A DNA stretch of 62,264 nt, counting the filler, from Stramenopiles sp. TOSAG23-3 (Eukaryota): assembly GCA_900128585.1 (NCBI GenBank). It is 4 parts of 4 records of this genome, joined end to end, with 100 filler letters (N's around TTAATTAATTAA, not from the genome) between each part and the next. Parts side by side here need not be neighbours in the genome. Positions count along the whole stretch, not along the records: positions 1 to 20,078 come from LT642384.1; 3 more parts are not named here. One strand, given 5' to 3'. The first letter of the stretch is position 1. Each line of letters opens with the position of its first letter. The notes beneath the pieces were generated by a model, which saw only the letters and a list, made by a program, of their open reading frames with translations, did not search any database and was not told the DNA's origin. Below are positions 1 to 11,500 of the stretch, one piece after another. The translations under genes were made by a program, and so were the position numbers.

Positions 1-196
1 ATTTGACCTTAAAAAGTCTCCGGGAAAAAAAAAAAGGTGTCCGAATTTTAAAAAAGTGATATAGGAATATTAAACTGTTTATACTTAGTAGAATATGGGC
101 AGGAATAAAAAATTAAAATTAGCGTATACGCTTCGTACATTTTTTAAACTAATTCGTATATTATTAAATATTTTGTTTAAATGCAGTTCCTATATA

Positions 197-355
197 TTAC
201 AGTATAGTATATTCTGTTTTTTCTGCATATTGCAAATTATCAACACAATCTACTTGATCGTGATTACACTCTTCAGAGTTACACCCAGGATGACAATAAC
301 TACTATCCTTTTGATCAACTTCTTCTTTTTTATACCAACAATATTTTGAACACAT
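197..355 (-). CDS. Small ORF or terminal exon with one LNR (Lin-12/Notch repeat)-like six-cysteine motif; may be a pseudo-exon
   Basis: Manual translation MCSKYCWYKKEEVDQKDSSYCHPGCNSEECNHDQVDCVDNLQYAEKTEYTIL*; the C-x3-C...C-x3-CN-x3-C-x2-D-x2-DC spacing matches LNR. Too short for the ORF track. Confidence 0.4.
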   Translation of the reverse strand: MCSKYCWYKKEEVDQKDSSYCHPGCNSEECNHDQVDCVDNLQYAEKTEYTIL

Positions 356-722
356 TTTTTATACTGGTAAAACTCCCGTCCTAGACGGACGGACCGTTCA
401 CCAATTCATACACAAAAGACTCCGTTCACATCTCTGCGGGCAAAGAAGGCGGGACGAAAAGGCCCCGTGGCTTCGCCGAGCCGTGCAGTCATTTTCTGTG
501 AAATATATTTCTTTTCGAAGCTTCTTCCCCAAAGGAAGCGCGCGCGCGCACCACGCACGATGCCTTGACTGAGTAAAAACTGATGACGCGAGGTGAAGGG
601 GCACGTTCCTTGGAACCGGCGCCCACTGCACGCGCAGCAGACTGCCCCCCGCCCCCTACAAACCACCAAGCTAGTCAACCTGTGAGGGAAAAACTCCCGC
701 CGCGCTCAAGTTTTCAAAACAT

Positions 723-839
723 TTACTTGGCGCGTTGACGCATCTTTCTTCTTTTGCGCTGAAGACGACGAGTCCTCTTCTTCTTCCACTTCCACCTCAT
801 CTTGGCGGTGGATTTCTTGTACGGACATCCATGACCCAT
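723..839 (-). CDS. RPL41: Ribosomal protein eL41 (eS32), N-terminally extended form, 38 aa
   Basis: Manual translation [38 protein letters not shown]; the core matches eL41 ([25 protein letters not shown]). ATG at 839-837, TAA at 725-723. Confidence 0.93.
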   Translation of the reverse strand: [38 protein letters not shown]

Positions 840-1699
840 GTTGACTGACGATAACTCTGTTTAAAAATTAATCAGATGCTTTCTTGTTTTTGTGAAGAAC
901 CAGGCGGTTTGGAAGAGCGCAACCGTTGCTTTTTTCCCTCCCCCCTTCTCAACGACGAAACGTAGATGGTAGCTTCGTTTCCTACAAGATTGCTTTGGGA
1001 TTAAATACACTTTACATAATGATGATGATATTCTTCGTTGTTGTGTGATGTATTTTAAAACTAAAGGAACAAAATAAACTGATTTCATAATAAAATTTCT
1101 TCCCCTATTATTCCTATGTTAAAAAATAATTAAATAATGATTTTAATTCTAAAATACAAATTACAGTACTATTTCTATGTTAATAAATTAGAGAGTATTA
1201 TTCTTTCCCTATCTCCTCCCATTCTTTCCTAATGCTATTCCTTGTCCTATAGGAGTTATTGGTTTAAATGACTGGCTGTCAGGATCAATTCAATGCTATT
1301 CTATACTATATAATACATATTCCCTATTATCTTTATGTAAGTTATATAATGTATTTTACTTTTAATATATATAGAATTATGCATTATTTAATATTTAATA
1401 TTTATTAAAATAAACATGAAATTAGTATATAAAATTATTCATAAAAAAGATATTTTGAAGAAGAAAAAGAAATAATTATAGAACGATGACTCGTAGACTA
1501 ATAATAACTAGTTATAAAAAGCAAACAAAATACGAGAGAACTGAATAATAAGTACGTAGAAGAAGAAAGAAGAGGAAGAATTATAATTTTATCCATACAT
1601 AAATAGATAGATAGACTATGGTCAACAGTCGGCTATTTTTTTTATTAGAGAGCTTGATTGAAGAACGCAAGAGGAGCACAAGCAGGAAAGAAGACAACC

Positions 1700-2035
1700 A
1701 ACGAGAAGAAGAAGAAGAAGAAGAAGAAGAAGAAGAAAGAAGAAGAAGAAGAAGAAGAAGAAAAGGAAGAAGAGAAAAAAAGAAGAAGAGAAAAGAAGAA
1801 GATAAAAGAATATGAACACAGCGAGCAAGCAGCAACCAACAACAAAACAAACAGAAGAAGAAAAGAAGAAGAAGAAGAACAACAACAACAACAAAGAAGA
1901 AAAAAAGAAAAAAAAAAGAAGAAAAAAAGAAAAAAAAAGAAAGAAAAAAAAGAGAAAAAAAAGAAAGAAAAAAAAAGAAAGAAAAAAAAAGAAGAAAAAA
2001 AGAAGAAAAAAAGAAGAAGAAGAAAAAAAAAAGAT
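1700..2035 (+). repeat. Degenerate (GAA)n / poly-A polypurine tract
   Basis: Long GAA and A runs read directly. Confidence 0.9.
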
Positions 2036-2227
2036 TTTTTTTAAAAATAATACCAATTAGCAAGTACCAGGTAAGTCAATACGAAGTATTAGTGACTATA
2101 CGGTACCCTTTTCTTCTGTTTTCGTTGACTTTTTATCTTTAACATTGTGTTTCGAAAGAAATTTAGAATATACTCACGAAGGAAGAAATCTTAGTTTATT
2201 ATCTTAATCTTACCACACACGCACACA

Positions 2228-2707
2228 ATGAAACTGACGTTATTGTTGATTGCCGCTCTGGCCCTCTTCGTCTCTACCACGGACGCCACCAACGCAGCGG
2301 GGAAAGCGTTCCTTGAAGAAAATGCTAAAAAGGAAGGCGTGGTCACCCTTGCAAGCGGGCTTCAGTACAAGGTTGTCAAAAAAAGCGACAAGGAAGGCGC
2401 GCTTACCCCGAAAGTAAACAGCCCATGCACCTGCCACTACGCTGGAAAGCTTATCGACGGCCAAGAGTTTGACAGTTCGATCCGCCGTGGTCGCCCATCG
2501 ACGTTTGCCCCTAATCAAGTGATCCGAGGCTGGACGGAAGCGATGCAGCTTATGCGGGAAGGGGACGAATGGGAACTTTACATCCCAAGCGAACTCGGTT
2601 ACGGAAACAGCAACCGTGGCCAGTACATCAAAGCCGGGGACGTTTTGGTTTTTACCCTGAACTTGATCAAAGTGAACAACGGGGGCTTCGTCAACGAAGA
2701 TTTGTAA
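2228..2707 (+). CDS. Secreted/ER FKBP-type peptidyl-prolyl isomerase (Mip-like)
   Basis: Signal peptide; GKAFLEENAKKEGVVTLASGLQYKV (FKBP_N tail); HYAGKLIDGQEFDSS, VIRGWTEAMQLM, LYIPSELGYG; ends NEDL. Confidence 0.93.
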   Translation: MKLTLLLIAALALFVSTTDATNAAGKAFLEENAKKEGVVTLASGLQYKVVKKSDKEGALTPKVNSPCTCHYAGKLIDGQEFDSSIRRGRPSTFAPNQVIRGWTEAMQLMREGDEWELYIPSELGYGNSNRGQYIKAGDVLVFTLNLIKVNNGGFVNEDL

Positions 2708-2831
2708 ACTTTTTGGCCCATGTTTGAAAAACAAGAAATGGAGATGGCTACTAGCGGTAGTATGAAAAATTGTTGCCAGGCGTCCCTTGCGGGATGGTGT
2801 TAAATAAGAAAGTTAAAATGTATATCTACTG

Positions 2832-3260
2832 CTAGTACGTACGCCTTGAGCTGTAGTCTTTCGGTGCCACCACCAAACCAGTGCCCTTACTGGCACCCCT
2901 AAAAACGGTTTCGATGATGTCAATCCATTCCTGCTTACTATTCAACGCCCAATTGATCTTGTTGTTGTTCCCCGTCCCGCAGTCCACCATAATATGCTTG
3001 TTTCTATAGAAAAACATGACACTACACGGATCCGTGAGCTGGTACATCACGTTAAAGTCTGGAACCTCCGTTATATCTACTAAATACACCACCGCAAACA
3101 GCTTCACGTCTTCCGAGATCCCATACAAACACTCGTCCACAACAATGCACGTGTTGTCGTGGTCATGCCCAAACCGCACCACCACGACCCGCTCTTCCTC
3201 CGTGACAATGGCTTGGTCCACGGACCACCCGTTCTTCAAATGAGGAAGCAAATACGACAT
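2832..3260 (-). CDS. TXNL4A: Spliceosomal U5 protein Dim1 / thioredoxin-like 4A, 142 aa
   Basis: MSYLLPHL..GWSVDQAI..EEERVVVVRFGHD..VDITEVPDFN..GTGNNNKINW..GLVVAPKDYS; ATG at 3260. Confidence 0.96.
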   Translation of the reverse strand: MSYLLPHLKNGWSVDQAIVTEEERVVVVRFGHDHDNTCIVVDECLYGISEDVKLFAVVYLVDITEVPDFNVMYQLTDPCSVMFFYRNKHIMVDCGTGNNNKINWALNSKQEWIDIIETVFRGASKGTGLVVAPKDYSSRRTY

Positions 3261-3789
3261 TCTCCTCACTCCTTAAAAAGCAGTAACAACAAATACATAC
3301 ATTTATACGCACAAAGTAACGAAATGTCAATTTCAAAAAGTCCATGCACTTCGTCTATTATAAAAATTAAAACAGCCACACCACACTTTATTTACTAATA
3401 ACTTTTACTGAAGGCCATTATTTCATTCCTTCTTCTCTTCCTTCTTCTCTTCTTCCTTCTTCTTTCTTCTCTTCTTCATAAAATAATTTTTTTTTATATA
3501 ATATTTTTTTAATTTATTATTTTCCACCGACGGTCTCTAAACTTAAGGATAATATACTACTTTAAATTGATTGTAATTATTTGTATAAATATACTATATA
3601 TGTACATAATAACCAAGAATGTATTTATTCCCGAAGGAATACTATACTCATAGCCTTAATTATGGCACGAGAAGAAGAAAAGGAAGATCATAAAATTATA
3701 TAAAATTATATAAATACTGTCACTACCCCATTACCGTAGTTGGACTAACTAGTGGGTACGACGAAGAAGAAGAAGAAGATGATTGGATT

Positions 3790-3820
3790 GGGGATTGGGG
3801 GGCAGGGGTGCGGGTGGGGG
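3790..3820 (+). other. Putative G-quadruplex motif in the DIM1/kinase divergent spacer
   Basis: GGGG-ATT-GGGGGG-CA-GGGG-TGC-GGG-T-GGGGG: five G-tracts with short loops. Confidence 0.5.
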
Positions 3821-3971
3821 TGGTATTTTATAATAATAATAATTTGAATGATTTATAATCGTTCGAATATAACAACACAAAGTAATATCTGAAAGTATTT
3901 GCATATATAAGAAGGCCAACCACGACCCATCAAACAACATTGATGCAAATTGTGCCTGTGTATGTAAACAA

Positions 3972-5687
3972 ATGGCGAGCTTGTTCGTAAAGCCAGAAAC
4001 GCCTGCCCCAAGGAAAGGGTCGGGGCAACCGCCGCAGCTAGTAGAGGACTCCATCGTCGTCCCCGATGTAGAAGTAACCCCGCTTCAAAATTATCAGTGG
4101 ACGTTGCCCCCCATTCTTCCAGATCCGCGCTGTCGCAAGTGTCTTGCTGGTGGAAAAGCGGGTCCATGCGCGCGTCACCATTTTTTAGGAGGTGGCGCTT
4201 TTGGGAAAGTGTACGTAGGCAAACCAACAAACCCCAGCAACAGTGAAATGGCAATGAAGGTGCTGCAGAATACTGTGCGGGGCAGAAGCAAACGAAAAGA
4301 GATCGAGCGGGAAATTAGCATTATGAGGCTGGTCAGCTCCATCCACTCGGAAAACTTATTGAAGTTGGTGGACGTGTACTACACAAGCACCGAAACGATT
4401 TTGGTCGTACCGCTGCTTGGAACCGAAGTGTTTGAGCACTTGGTTACGAAAGGGCAATTCAACGAAACGGGCGCGTTCAACCTCATGTCGCAGTTGACCA
4501 ACGTTGTCAAATATTTACACGATAAAAAAATATGCCACTTTGACATCAAACTACAAAACCTGGCGTTTCAAAAAGATGGTAAAACGGTGACTCTCATTGA
4601 TTTGGGGTACGCGAAAGGACCCTACGATTGGCCTAAAACGTTGGACAGGTTCATCGGAACGATGGCGTTCGCGGCGCCGGAGGCGGCCTTGCAGAGGTCG
4701 TACGGGTACGGCACGGACGTTTTCGCAATGGGAGTGACCCTGTACCTGCTCGTTTGTGGGATGTTCCCATTTTCACCGTACATGGGCGAACAAGGCGTTC
4801 CGCACGACAAAGAAAAGAAAACCCCGAAGCCGATCAATGCAAAAATACCGGTGTCAGATGATTGCAGGGATCTAATTTACAAAATGCTCTGCGTGGACAA
4901 CAACTCACGGATTTCCATTGATGGCATTCTGAAGCACCCGTGGTTTATTAAGAAGCAGTTTTACTCGGACAATCGCACGGACAATATTATGAGCAAGAAT
5001 TACTTTTCGTACGCCAGAAACACGACACTGAGCCGGTTGATCAGTGCCTTTCCCGCTGCCAAGGTAGTTGCCGACACCGCCGGCACGGCGGCTCCTGCCC
5101 AGGTGACCATGAAGGTCTCCTCCCTCACGGGGAACGATTGGTCGAATTTGCGGGACATTTTCCATAAAATAGCGTCCACAGAAGAACACGAGGACATCAA
5201 ATTTTCGCAATTTGGAGATTTGATGCGGAGCGTAGGCTTGGAACGGTTCGCAACGAGCCATGTCTTTGTCCTGTTTGAAAAGAGAGGGCAAGGAATAAAC
5301 GGCTCGCTAAATTTTCGAGAGTTCATACTGAACTTGATCGCCCTGAGGGGAAAAGGTGAACTGAGCCATAAGTTTTTGTTCGATTTTTTTGACATCGATA
5401 AAAATGGAAAAATAGGCCTCGACGGATTGAAAAACATTCTCCTCAGCCTTGTCCAAGAAGATCTAGGAGACAGCGCTGCCCGCGGATACAACGAAAACAT
5501 TGCCGAAAGTCTGGAAGAAATGCTGGGCAGTGCTTTTATTTCTGAAAATGACGATAGTGGGGCAAAAAAAGAAATGAACTTTGCGCAATTTAGTGAGTGG
5601 TACAGTACTGATCTAGCAAAAAAATTGCTGGACAAAGCGTTTCGCCAGAACGTCTCCGAAGCCGTAAAAAAGTTGCGAAACAAGTAG
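3972..5687 (+). CDS. CAMK-group Ser/Thr kinase with C-terminal EF-hands (CDPK/CCaMK-like)
   Basis: LGGGAFGKVY, AMK, HFDIKLQN, DLG, APE, DVFAMG; EF-hand FDIDKNGKIG plus a degenerate hand (GSLNFREF). Confidence 0.88.
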   Translation: MASLFVKPETPAPRKGSGQPPQLVEDSIVVPDVEVTPLQNYQWTLPPILPDPRCRKCLAGGKAGPCARHHFLGGGAFGKVYVGKPTNPSNSEMAMKVLQNTVRGRSKRKEIEREISIMRLVSSIHSENLLKLVDVYYTSTETILVVPLLGTEVFEHLVTKGQFNETGAFNLMSQLTNVVKYLHDKKICHFDIKLQNLAFQKDGKTVTLIDLGYAKGPYDWPKTLDRFIGTMAFAAPEAALQRSYGYGTDVFAMGVTLYLLVCGMFPFSPYMGEQGVPHDKEKKTPKPINAKIPVSDDCRDLIYKMLCVDNNSRISIDGILKHPWFIKKQFYSDNRTDNIMSKNYFSYARNTTLSRLISAFPAAKVVADTAGTAAPAQVTMKVSSLTGNDWSNLRDIFHKIASTEEHEDIKFSQFGDLMRSVGLERFATSHVFVLFEKRGQGINGSLNFREFILNLIALRGKGELSHKFLFDFFDIDKNGKIGLDGLKNILLSLVQEDLGDSAARGYNENIAESLEEMLGSAFISENDDSGAKKEMNFAQFSEWYSTDLAKKLLDKAFRQNVSEAVKKLRNK

Positions 5688-6432
5688 ACGACTACCAGGA
5701 ATCTAACGGTACCAAAGATCATCCATCTCCTCTCGTTTGTATCAAAAATTAACCTCCTCCCTTGTGGCTTGTGGGGAAAGTGAACAGTTTCTGGACCCTT
5801 GGTGGATATGTAATAAATAATAGGCGATAATAACTACATTTATAAGTATACTAAATATTATTCCATTTTTTCAAGGGAGACGTTGGTTGGGACGAGAGGC
5901 ACGGATGCAAAGTATCTTTGGCGCGGAATTGAAAAATGGTAAACAACTTTGTGCTAACTATTTCAAACGAAGAGACCTTTATGAAAAAAGAATAATTTTT
6001 ATTATTTTAAACCCTCAAATGTCTTTTCAGATACATAAAACTGTGCGTCTAGGATTCGTTTTCCCAGTTCCAACAAAGAAACAAGTGATTGTTTGGGTGG
6101 CGCTTGGTACAAATCGTCCATTTCACATAAAATTGTCCCTTGGAACCTCATTTCCAAGTCAATTGAGGACAAACATTTTACAAACGTTTGTTTCTGGCCG
6201 GATATTGCAAAGGTAACGATTACCTGAGCTAAACTTATGCAGTTAGGCGTCCTCCTTAGTTTTTTTTGTCATTTTATGACCGAGTGCTTCCATACTTTGA
6301 AATTCGAGTCGGATTTTTATTCGCGCCAAGGACACTGAACACTTTATTGAACAGGTGTCTATCAAAGCCTTTTACTTAAAAAACAACAACGACGGTCGTC
6401 TTTTCTATTTTTTTTAGAAAATGGTATTTTGT

Positions 6433-6814
6433 TATTTTTTGTTGTAAGTTTGTGTTGAAATATATTTTATTCATATTTATAGCGAACAGAAATGTAATAT
6501 GTTTAAAGATATGCTGTGTGTATATAAAATACTCATTGTAAAAACAAAACAAAAAAACAAAAATTGCAAAAAGAACAATTGTTGTTGGTACATTGCAACA
6601 AAAGTAGTTTCTTTTTTTAGTGCTGTGTATATGTATTTTACTTTTACCAAACTCTATTTTTTGTTGTAACTTTTGTGTCGAATTATATTTCCTTCATATT
6701 TAATAAAGAAGAGAAATGCTAATTTATTTTAATAGATGCTGTGTATATGTAAAATAATAATTGTAAATACAAAAACAAAAACAAAACAAAAAACAAAGGA
6801 AGAACTGTTGTTGG
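6433..6814. repeat. Diverged tandem duplication, period about 220 bp
   Basis: 6433-6588 and 6654-6814 share TTTTTGTTGTAA..TTCATATTTA..AGAAATG..ATGCTGTGT..ATTGTAAA..CAAAA..TGTTGTTGG. Confidence 0.75.
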
Positions 6815-6952
6815 AGGTTGGAGCGAGCACCTAACCCTCCTAATTTCCTTGATAGGAGTATTTTTAACTATCGTTATTTATAGACTATATACTTGAAAAC
6901 TGTTCAGTTTAAATAAGATGTCACAACTCACAACGACGACCGAGAGAGGTGT

Positions 6953-7930
6953 TTAAAAATCAAAGTCCGAGTCTGAGCCCGAGGCATTTTCAGTTTTCGA
7001 GACATTTTGAAACAAAAACCCGAACACTTCGTTGTGGTCCATTTTTACTGTCATTTTGTTCACGTAGACTTTCTTTGTATTTTCAAGCAACTTTGACGTG
7101 ACTGCATGTTCGTCCATCAGGTCCGGCTCCGTTACATGCTCAGTAACGGTGTGGGACGAGACCAGGCTGGATAGACAGCGCTGAAGGAAGCGCTCATCTC
7201 CTTTGGTACAATAAACTCGTAGCATATACAGCGCGGCGGTCCTCATTTCCTGGTGCTCCCGAAGTTTATCGTCCAGTTGCGAAAACATCGTGCTCGATTT
7301 TACCGCGTTCTCGTACGCTTCTTCGAGGTTCCCAGAAATTCCTAAACAACGCGAACAGATACTGTAACACCGGGCTTCGTACAATCGGACAGTGACCTGC
7401 TCTTGAGTCTCCAAGGGTGGCCCCTCTTCCTGTTCTTGTCTCAGGGAATAAAAAGCTTTCGTGGCCCGTGAGCATAATTGCGCGCAGTCTACCATCATCT
7501 TGCAGCACGTTTCTAGTATCCCAAAGTATTCTTTGTCGACGCTGCCATCGTCCTTCATCTCTTCCTGCACAAGCTCAAATTTTAACAGCCCTGCATTGTA
7601 CAACATCTTTACATAGTCCAAGAGCAAAACTAAGTTTTCTTTGACAGGCTCATTTTGTTTACTCAACAATTTCTCAATTTTCTTTTTTGCTTCTACAGGA
7701 GCCACCTTTCTCGGGGAATGCGCCATTTTTTCTATTTTTGGGAGCACCGTCGACACGTTTTTGCTTTGACTCGCATTCTTCTCCGCTTCTTTCCTTTCCC
7801 AGGCCAGCACCTCTGTGTAGTCAATGTCCTTCCAACTGTCAAAAAACTTGTAGCCGTACAGCATTGCGGCCGTATCGACAAAACCACTGTCTCCATCACG
7901 GCACTCCTGCGCGAGAGAGAACGGGTCCAT
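6953..7930 (-). CDS. Hypothetical alpha-helical protein, 325 aa
   Basis: Long ATG-started ORF with gene-like composition; no recognised motif. Confidence 0.75.
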   Translation of the reverse strand: MDPFSLAQECRDGDSGFVDTAAMLYGYKFFDSWKDIDYTEVLAWERKEAEKNASQSKNVSTVLPKIEKMAHSPRKVAPVEAKKKIEKLLSKQNEPVKENLVLLLDYVKMLYNAGLLKFELVQEEMKDDGSVDKEYFGILETCCKMMVDCAQLCSRATKAFYSLRQEQEEGPPLETQEQVTVRLYEARCYSICSRCLGISGNLEEAYENAVKSSTMFSQLDDKLREHQEMRTAALYMLRVYCTKGDERFLQRCLSSLVSSHTVTEHVTEPDLMDEHAVTSKLLENTKKVYVNKMTVKMDHNEVFGFLFQNVSKTENASGSDSDFDF

Positions 7931-8579
7931 ATGTACACGTGCGCCTTTGAATCCTCTGAATGCTACCGAAACAAGTTTGTTTTACGAATTATTCTTTTCT
8001 GTTAAAAAATATAGATGACGAAGATATAGTTTGTGTTGGACATCAAGAAATTATTTCAAAGCAACTTGATGCCGGTACCGTGCCATTATTGGAAAATGAA
8101 GCACTTGTTTGTTGTTTTTGTATATATATTAATAAAATAAGTAAATAAAAAAAAAAAGAAGATAGAAACTCCTTCCTCCTACTACTACCTCCTCCTCCTC
8201 GATCGAACCCGGAAGAAGGAGGACTTAGTCCTTCGTATATTTTATAGTCTGTAATATTATAGACAGACTAGCTAAAAAACACACTGCTGCATTCCTGTAT
8301 AATATTAATAAATAAAGAAGAAGTATTAATAAAACAAATTGTCGATGATCGATGATCGATGATGATGATGATAAAAAATAGAATAAATAAATGGCAATAG
8401 AAAGAAGTACGTATATGCCATGAGACGAAGATGTTTCTTGGACAGAAGATATATCCATTACGCTCTTAATCAACACTTTTGAAATTTATTGAACGAGCAC
8501 CCAACGGCACAAAAGAGGACTAGCGCTCCTTTATTACAGTGGCATACGCGTAGACAGTCCTGTATTTTTTACCATAGGC

Positions 8580-11500
8580 ATGGGTCAGTCGTGGAGCGAA
8601 GAACTTGTCGAAGAGTCCGGTCGAGTGTTAAGACTGAATGGGGCTATTCCAGAATATGCACAAGAACAGCTTGATGTCTTGGATAAGGTTCGAACCATGT
8701 ACACTAACCCTGAGGTCACTGCAAATTTTCTTGGCCACGACTATGCGTTCAAGTATCTTTTGCAAGGGATCAGTGTGAAGAACGATCGGGTTGTGGAAAA
8801 GACGCTAAAGGTGCTCACGGACATAGCAAGGATTCCTCCAAAAGTGGAAGACTTGGGCAAGGAGAGGAAAAAAGTTCTTCAACTAATTGGCACCAAAATA
8901 GCTTTGTACTGGGGACTAGCAGGTGCGGACGACATAGATGTACAAATTGCTGCCGTGGAGTTGATGACAGAGTTGTTAGATTACACTGTGAACCTTTCCA
9001 GCATGTACTCTCTGAGCATGAAGACGCTGCTGTTTTACATGCAACCCGCGTACCCGAACAGACTAAAAACCCCGCTGGCAAAACTAATCAAAAGAATGGT
9101 GTCAAACCCAGTTACTTTGTGCTCCATCGATTCCCACGGACTTGGGGCCATAAAACAAGAAGCGTACATTCGAACGGACCTTCCTGATAAGTTTTTGTGC
9201 GAAAAATGTGCAAAAGAGTGTGGTGAGCAATTACTAAATTCCCAGTCGGAAATAATGCCCCTCGGGAAGGAAACGTTTGTTTGTAACTGCAGGTACTGCC
9301 ACATGTGCATGCTGCAAATGCCCAAGCCGGACAGGGCGAAAGAATTGTTCGAGCTTCGAGGCCTAAAGATATTTGTAAATATGATAGTGGACCCCAGAAC
9401 GGATCTGGAATGCGTCTTGTATATATTGGAGACGTTAGTAGAAATGACGGATACGGACGTAACTGCGCTTGTGGTGAACGAGGACTATCGGGCCAAAAGG
9501 TTTCTTTTTCAATCACATCTTTTTTCAGACATATGCTACAAGAATTTTGCGATGCGGCACGAAGACGATCACAGAGACGAAATTATCGGATTAACTGGGA
9601 GCATGACCAGGGTTTTGGACTGTTTGATTTGGCTCTTAAATCCGCCGAGCGTCATTCCAAGCGATACAAAAAAATACAAGTTTTCGAGGTATTACCCGCA
9701 CAGGCTAAGAAAATACGCGGTGGCATTGCCAATGATCAGCACCATGGCAATGAAATGCATATCGAACATCTGCAAAGCAATTGCCCTGGGAAACGGGAAG
9801 ATCGTTCGTTTCGAAAACCCGTTGCTTGTTCGGTTTCCCGGGACAAAAGAAGTGAGCGTTGGAGCCGAAGAGGAAACGGACGACGACGAAAGCGCAATTG
9901 CAGAAAAAGCGAAAGATACAGACACGGTCATGCGGAACTACATATCGGAGGGGAAGCTATGGCACAGGCGTCTGTTGGTTCAAGCGAGCAAGCAATCATC
10001 TACCAACCCTTATTCTCAATTCATTGTTGAAAAAATACTCGGATTTATGAAGGCATTGAAGGAAAGCGGCGACAAAGAAAGCGCAATGTCGCAGAAAGTT
10101 GTGCTGACAAAGCGTGAGGTGAGGGGGGGGGGGAAGCATGGAATCAAACCCTTTCTAAAATATTGTACCGGGACGAAGGAGGGAACAAAGTGCAAATTGT
10201 GAGCACCCCGAAGTACGCCTTGAAAGGAAACGGAAGCTCGGAGGGCTGGCGCATAGTTTTCTCTAACCTAAAGGAGTCACCACCAGGCACACGGAGATTG
10301 ATATTTTATACAGAGTATAATATAGAAGGCTACAACGACGACCACGTGATAATTCGGGGAGAGTTGCAGGGTGACGAGGAACACCAGACGGCCGTGGATG
10401 CCAACGGTATGACCAACGAAGAATTTAATGCATCAAAGGTGCAGCAGCAGCTTCCTTTGTGGGAAATCCTTCCATTCAGCAACATCGCAAAGATTGATTT
10501 AGGAGTTACCGCTTCCCCGGAAGACAAGGCAAAGTACGAGTCACTTCTGCACGAATCGGTACCCACCAAATTGGCGCCAAGAGACTCGAACATATTTTGC
10601 AAACGGCCTGGAACAACTATAGTGAAATTTGTCGTGGCCTACGTGCGCAGGGTCAAGAGAAAGAAGTCGTCCTTCGGCAAACAAAAAATGAAGGAGCGCT
10701 CATTGCCTTTACCAAAGCATATAAGAGACATATTGACGGCGGATTCGAACGACGAAGACCCCGCGCAGAACGATTGGACGAAGTCCGTTCTCGTTGGTGT
10801 GAGCGATTTTATGACGTCAAAAGTCTACGTGCACCAGCCTCTTCACGAGAACCTGCGGAGAGTGAGATTGCGCCTTCGAGCAAAAGCAAAGCAGATGAAT
10901 GCAGCCAGATGCATTATAGACACATTTTCAAGAGGGTTTTCTCAAACTTTAAGGGACTCATCAAGTGTCCAAGCCTTGCTGGGATGCAAGCTGGGAAGTT
11001 TGACTATAATGGGGTCGCCAGATGTTTACCCCTACGTCACTGGTTTGCGCGTGTTGGTCGAGCAGAAACGACTAAAAGTCTTGCCAGTTTGTATCCATGC
11101 AGATGTGGCCTTGGTGCAAATAGCTATACACAGAAAGAACAACCTTTTGAGGCACCAAGTCTTAGACTTGCTCGAGGGACTGAACGACTACGATTCATGG
11201 GTCAAGGATCTAAACAGGCTGGAGCCCGGAGAGAGCATTCAATTGGACATAAGAGGAAACTCTATATCTTACTTTTTAGCCCGATCGCTGTATTCCATGG
11301 TTGGAAAAATAGTTCTATTCGAAGAGACCCTTGCACAAAGATTTACCTTACTTCTTAGCATGACTTTCTTGGATTTGCTAGACGAGCGATTTGATGAGGC
11401 AACACGTTTAATGGCAATTAAAACAGTCGGCCTTCTACCAATGAGCCCGGGGGGAAAGTGCGCAGACTGCGTCGTTAAGAGTGGCTTGTTAAAGGTATTG

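Noticed and set aside
430-500. ATGA..GA segment as a SECIS element
   Set aside because: No convincing kink-turn or apical AA geometry, and no in-frame UGA in the adjacent gene.
1581-2063. Poly-K/E/R/F/L ORFs in several frames (also 60233-60521)
   Set aside because: Artefacts of stop-free GAA/A microsatellites.
5887-6228. 109-aa ORF and an overlapping protein-like frame
   Set aside because: No clear start or recognisable homology; at most a relic.
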